Origin: Octopus bimaculoides
Taxonomy: Eukaryota
Reading direction: 5' to 3'
Length of the DNA stretch: 64,000 bases
NCBI RefSeq assembly: GCF_001194135.2
Contig: NC_069000.1
Span: forward strand, 23,582,589-23,646,588
A program made the position numbers and the translations under genes. Shown here piece by piece: positions 61,311 through 64,000 of this stretch (within the stretch, counting starts at the first letter, position 1; each line of letters begins with the position of its first letter). Under the pieces are notes generated by a model. The model did not search any database. It worked only from the letters and a program-made list of their open reading frames with translations, and had not been told where the DNA came from.

Positions 61311-63410
61311 ACAATGCTTGCAAGACAAAACGCGGAGCTACATAAGAAGCACCTAGTGCCTCTTTTTGATAGGCTGGAACATTATGGTTTAATAATCAAC
61401 CCCGCCAAGTGCGTTTTTGGTGCGACAGAAATCGACTTCTTGGGACATTGAATTCCAAGTGCCGGCGCTACACCCCTGCCAGAAAAAGTTAAAGTTATCC
61501 TATCCTTTCCGCGCCCCACCACAAGCAAGACTCTACATCAATTCGTGGGCATGGTAAACTTTTACCATTGCTTCATCCCTTCTGCAGCAAGAGTGATGAG
61601 ACCCCTATACAAGGCACTGTCAAAAGAGGGTTCAAAAAGACAGGTGGAGTGGGATAGTACAATGACTTCAGTCTTCGAATCCACAAAACAAGCCTTGGCT
61701 CAAGCAACCATGCTGCCCCATCTTCATGTCAGCTCGGAATGCACTCAGTTGACGCATCCGACACAGCCATTGGAAGCGTTTTAGAACAACACATCAACAG
61801 TCAGTGGCGACTGCTCGCCTTCTTCACACGACACCTACGACCCTCTGAACAGAAATACATTGCTTTTAACAGGGAACTACTGGCTGTCCATCTAGGTGTC
61901 CGCCACTTTCGCTATTTCCTTGAAGGCCGCACGTTTACAGTATTCACGGATCACAAACCATTCACCTTTGCTATGAGCAAGCTCTCGGAGCTTTGGTCTG
62001 CACGCCAGCAACGACAGCTATTGACCATTTCTGAGTACACCACAGACATCCAACACATAGCCGGGAAGGGCAACCAAGTTGCCGACGCACTTTTTCGTGC
62101 TCCTACCTGCTCTCACACCTACTTAGCCCCGATAACGGAAGGCCTGGATTACGAGGCTATGGCTGCAGCCCAACAGACAGATGACGAGATCAGGACCTAC
62201 CACACTGCCATCACAAGACTTTCTTTGCAGGATATACACTTTGACTCTAACAGCACAACCCTATTGTGTGACGTATCCACTGGGAAGCCACGACCGATCG
62301 TCCCATCAGCCTGGCGGAAGAAAGTTTTCACGGACTTTCCCACCCATCTACTAAAGCCACACTGCGGCTGCTGTCAAGCAAATTTATCTGACACGGTATG
62401 GCCAAGCAAATCAGGGACTGGACCAGGACCTGCATCCCCTGTCAACAAACCAAGGTCCATCAACACTCCAAAGCACCCCTCGGTAACTTTGAACCACTTC
62501 AGACCTTGTAAGCCACCTACCACTTTCACGGGGTTGCTCGTATCTACTGATCTTGGTAGACCGCTATGCCCTTTTGGCCTGAGGCAATCCCTCTCCGCAG
62601 CACGGAAACACAAGAAGTCAGCCGAGCCTTCATCGCAAACTGTGTCGCTAGTTTCGGTGTCCCAGACAGTATCTCATCTGATCGAGGTCCATAATTCACC
62701 TCAAAGTTGTGGAATGACATGTGTGAGCTTTTTGGAATCACAATGAACCGCACAACAGCCTACCACCCTCAAGCCAACGGATTAGTGGAGAGATTTCACT
62801 GCTGCTTGAAGGAATCCCTGACAACCAGACTTAATGGGTCAAATTGGATTGCCCAACTCCCATGAGTGACGCTGGGCAGCCGCACCACCCCAAATGAAAA
62901 NNNNNNNNNNNNNNNNNNNNNNNNNNNNNNNNNNNNNNNNNNNNNNNNNNCTCCGCGGAAATGATGTACGGTGCCCCCCTTACAGTGCCAAGAGAGTTCC
63001 TTTCGAATACGAAGTCAGACCCGGATGTCAAAAGGTACCTCGCTCAACTGAGTAACAGCGTGGGCTAGTTGCACCCTGTTTCCATGTCGACACACGGTAC
63101 ACCCAGATCTTCCGTACCAAATGACCTCCACATGGCTAACTATGTGTTCGTTCGACGTGACACACGACGAAAACCCCTCCAGTCACCCTACGATGGTCCA
63201 TATCAAGTCATTCATCCAGGAGATAAAACTCCTAATTGGCAGACGATAGATTGAAACCGGCCCATCTTGGTATTGACAACCCCGTTCAGGTAGCCCAGCC
63301 ACCAAACAGGGGCCGCCCTAGGCAAATCACACCAACCCTTGACAAGGAACAGTCACCAAAGAACCGAGTAGTACACGCATGGGCAGGACAATTAAAACTT
63401 AAGCTCTGAT
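61311..63410 (+). mobile_element. Ty3/Gypsy pol remnant (RT end, RNase H, integrase), probably CsRn1/Kabuki-like
   Basis: GLIINPAKCVFG..DFLGH; VDASDTAIG; RELLAVHLGVRHFRYFLEGRTFTVFTDHKP; NQVADAL; SDRG..TTAYHPQANGLVERFH; PYDGPYQV; frameshifts and stops. Confidence 0.92.
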
Positions 63411-63650
63411 GTACGTAAAGTAATAAACCTTTGATGAATGTATTCTCGTCTCCACTAGTTTGTTTGCGTATAGCTTAAGAAAACTATACCATGACTAGTT
63501 GGTGGTCTATTCACTAACTGATGGTTGCTCTCACTAACTGCTTTTTCCTAACCAAATTCTAGTATTTATAACTATCCAAAATCAACTAGAAGGATAGACA
63601 TATTGTTGAGAACAATAGATTTCATTGGAAGTCTGTTATCTCTATTCTAG

Positions 63651-63722
63651 CTTATGGTGACCTAGAAGAGGTTAGAAGAGTCAAGTGGCAGAGACATTAT
63701 TCCGGCTTAGCGAAGGCATCTG
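63651..63722 (+). CDS. Exon 2 of a probable divergent gene (AYGDLEEVRRVKWQRHYSGLAKAS-G); the gene continues beyond the window
   Basis: tctctattctag| 72-nt open phase 1-1 exon |GTAAAT; GC-richer than its flanks; protein not recognised. Confidence 0.5.
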
Positions 63723-64000
63723 GTAAATGTAACTGCTGTCATAGAAAAACTATTGTTTTACCGTGCGAAAAGTACTGTTGAACTGTTAAGTGAAATTTGG
63801 TGATTGAGGATCGATTCTACGCCATGCCAGCATGAAGCCACTGCATATATNNNNNNNNNNNNNNNNNNNNNNNNTATATATATATATATATATATATCGT
63901 CCGTAAACATAAACCCGTACGTATATAATATGTATGTGTGGAGGGGGAGTTGCAAAATTGGTAACCGGGGTAAAATAAGTAATTTCTGATTTCTAGCTAT

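Noticed and set aside
1-64000. CRISPR arrays or prokaryotic defence systems
   Set aside because: The sequence is eukaryotic with spliceosomal introns and has no repeat-spacer periodicity.

Overview
AT-rich, repeat-dense animal genomic scaffold with N-gaps. The SINE, RTE and mariner content suggests a coleoid cephalopod, probably Octopus (inference). The window is dominated by one gene on the minus strand, URB2 (nucleolar pre-60S biogenesis factor Npa2/Urb2). I reconstructed it by hand as 28 phase-consistent coding exons from 60643 down to 1186, about 1,490 aa, with clear motif matches to human URB2 as recalled from memory. Its intron 25 (6347-7098) is a U12-type AT-AC minor-spliceosome intron. 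A probable second gene starts head-to-head about 90-130 bp from the URB2 ATG (+ strand exons at 60774-60819 and 63651-63722). The introns hold degraded transposons: RTE LINEs whose reverse transcriptase carries an inserted C4HC3 PHD finger, two Gypsy remnants, three mariners, a Tc1, piggyBac-type MITEs, a HINE/DINE-1-like element, tRNA-derived SINEs, microsatellites and a perfect 47-bp-arm palindrome. Most listed six-frame ORFs are exon fragments, transposon debris or N-gap artefacts. All boundaries were read by eye and no database searches were run.
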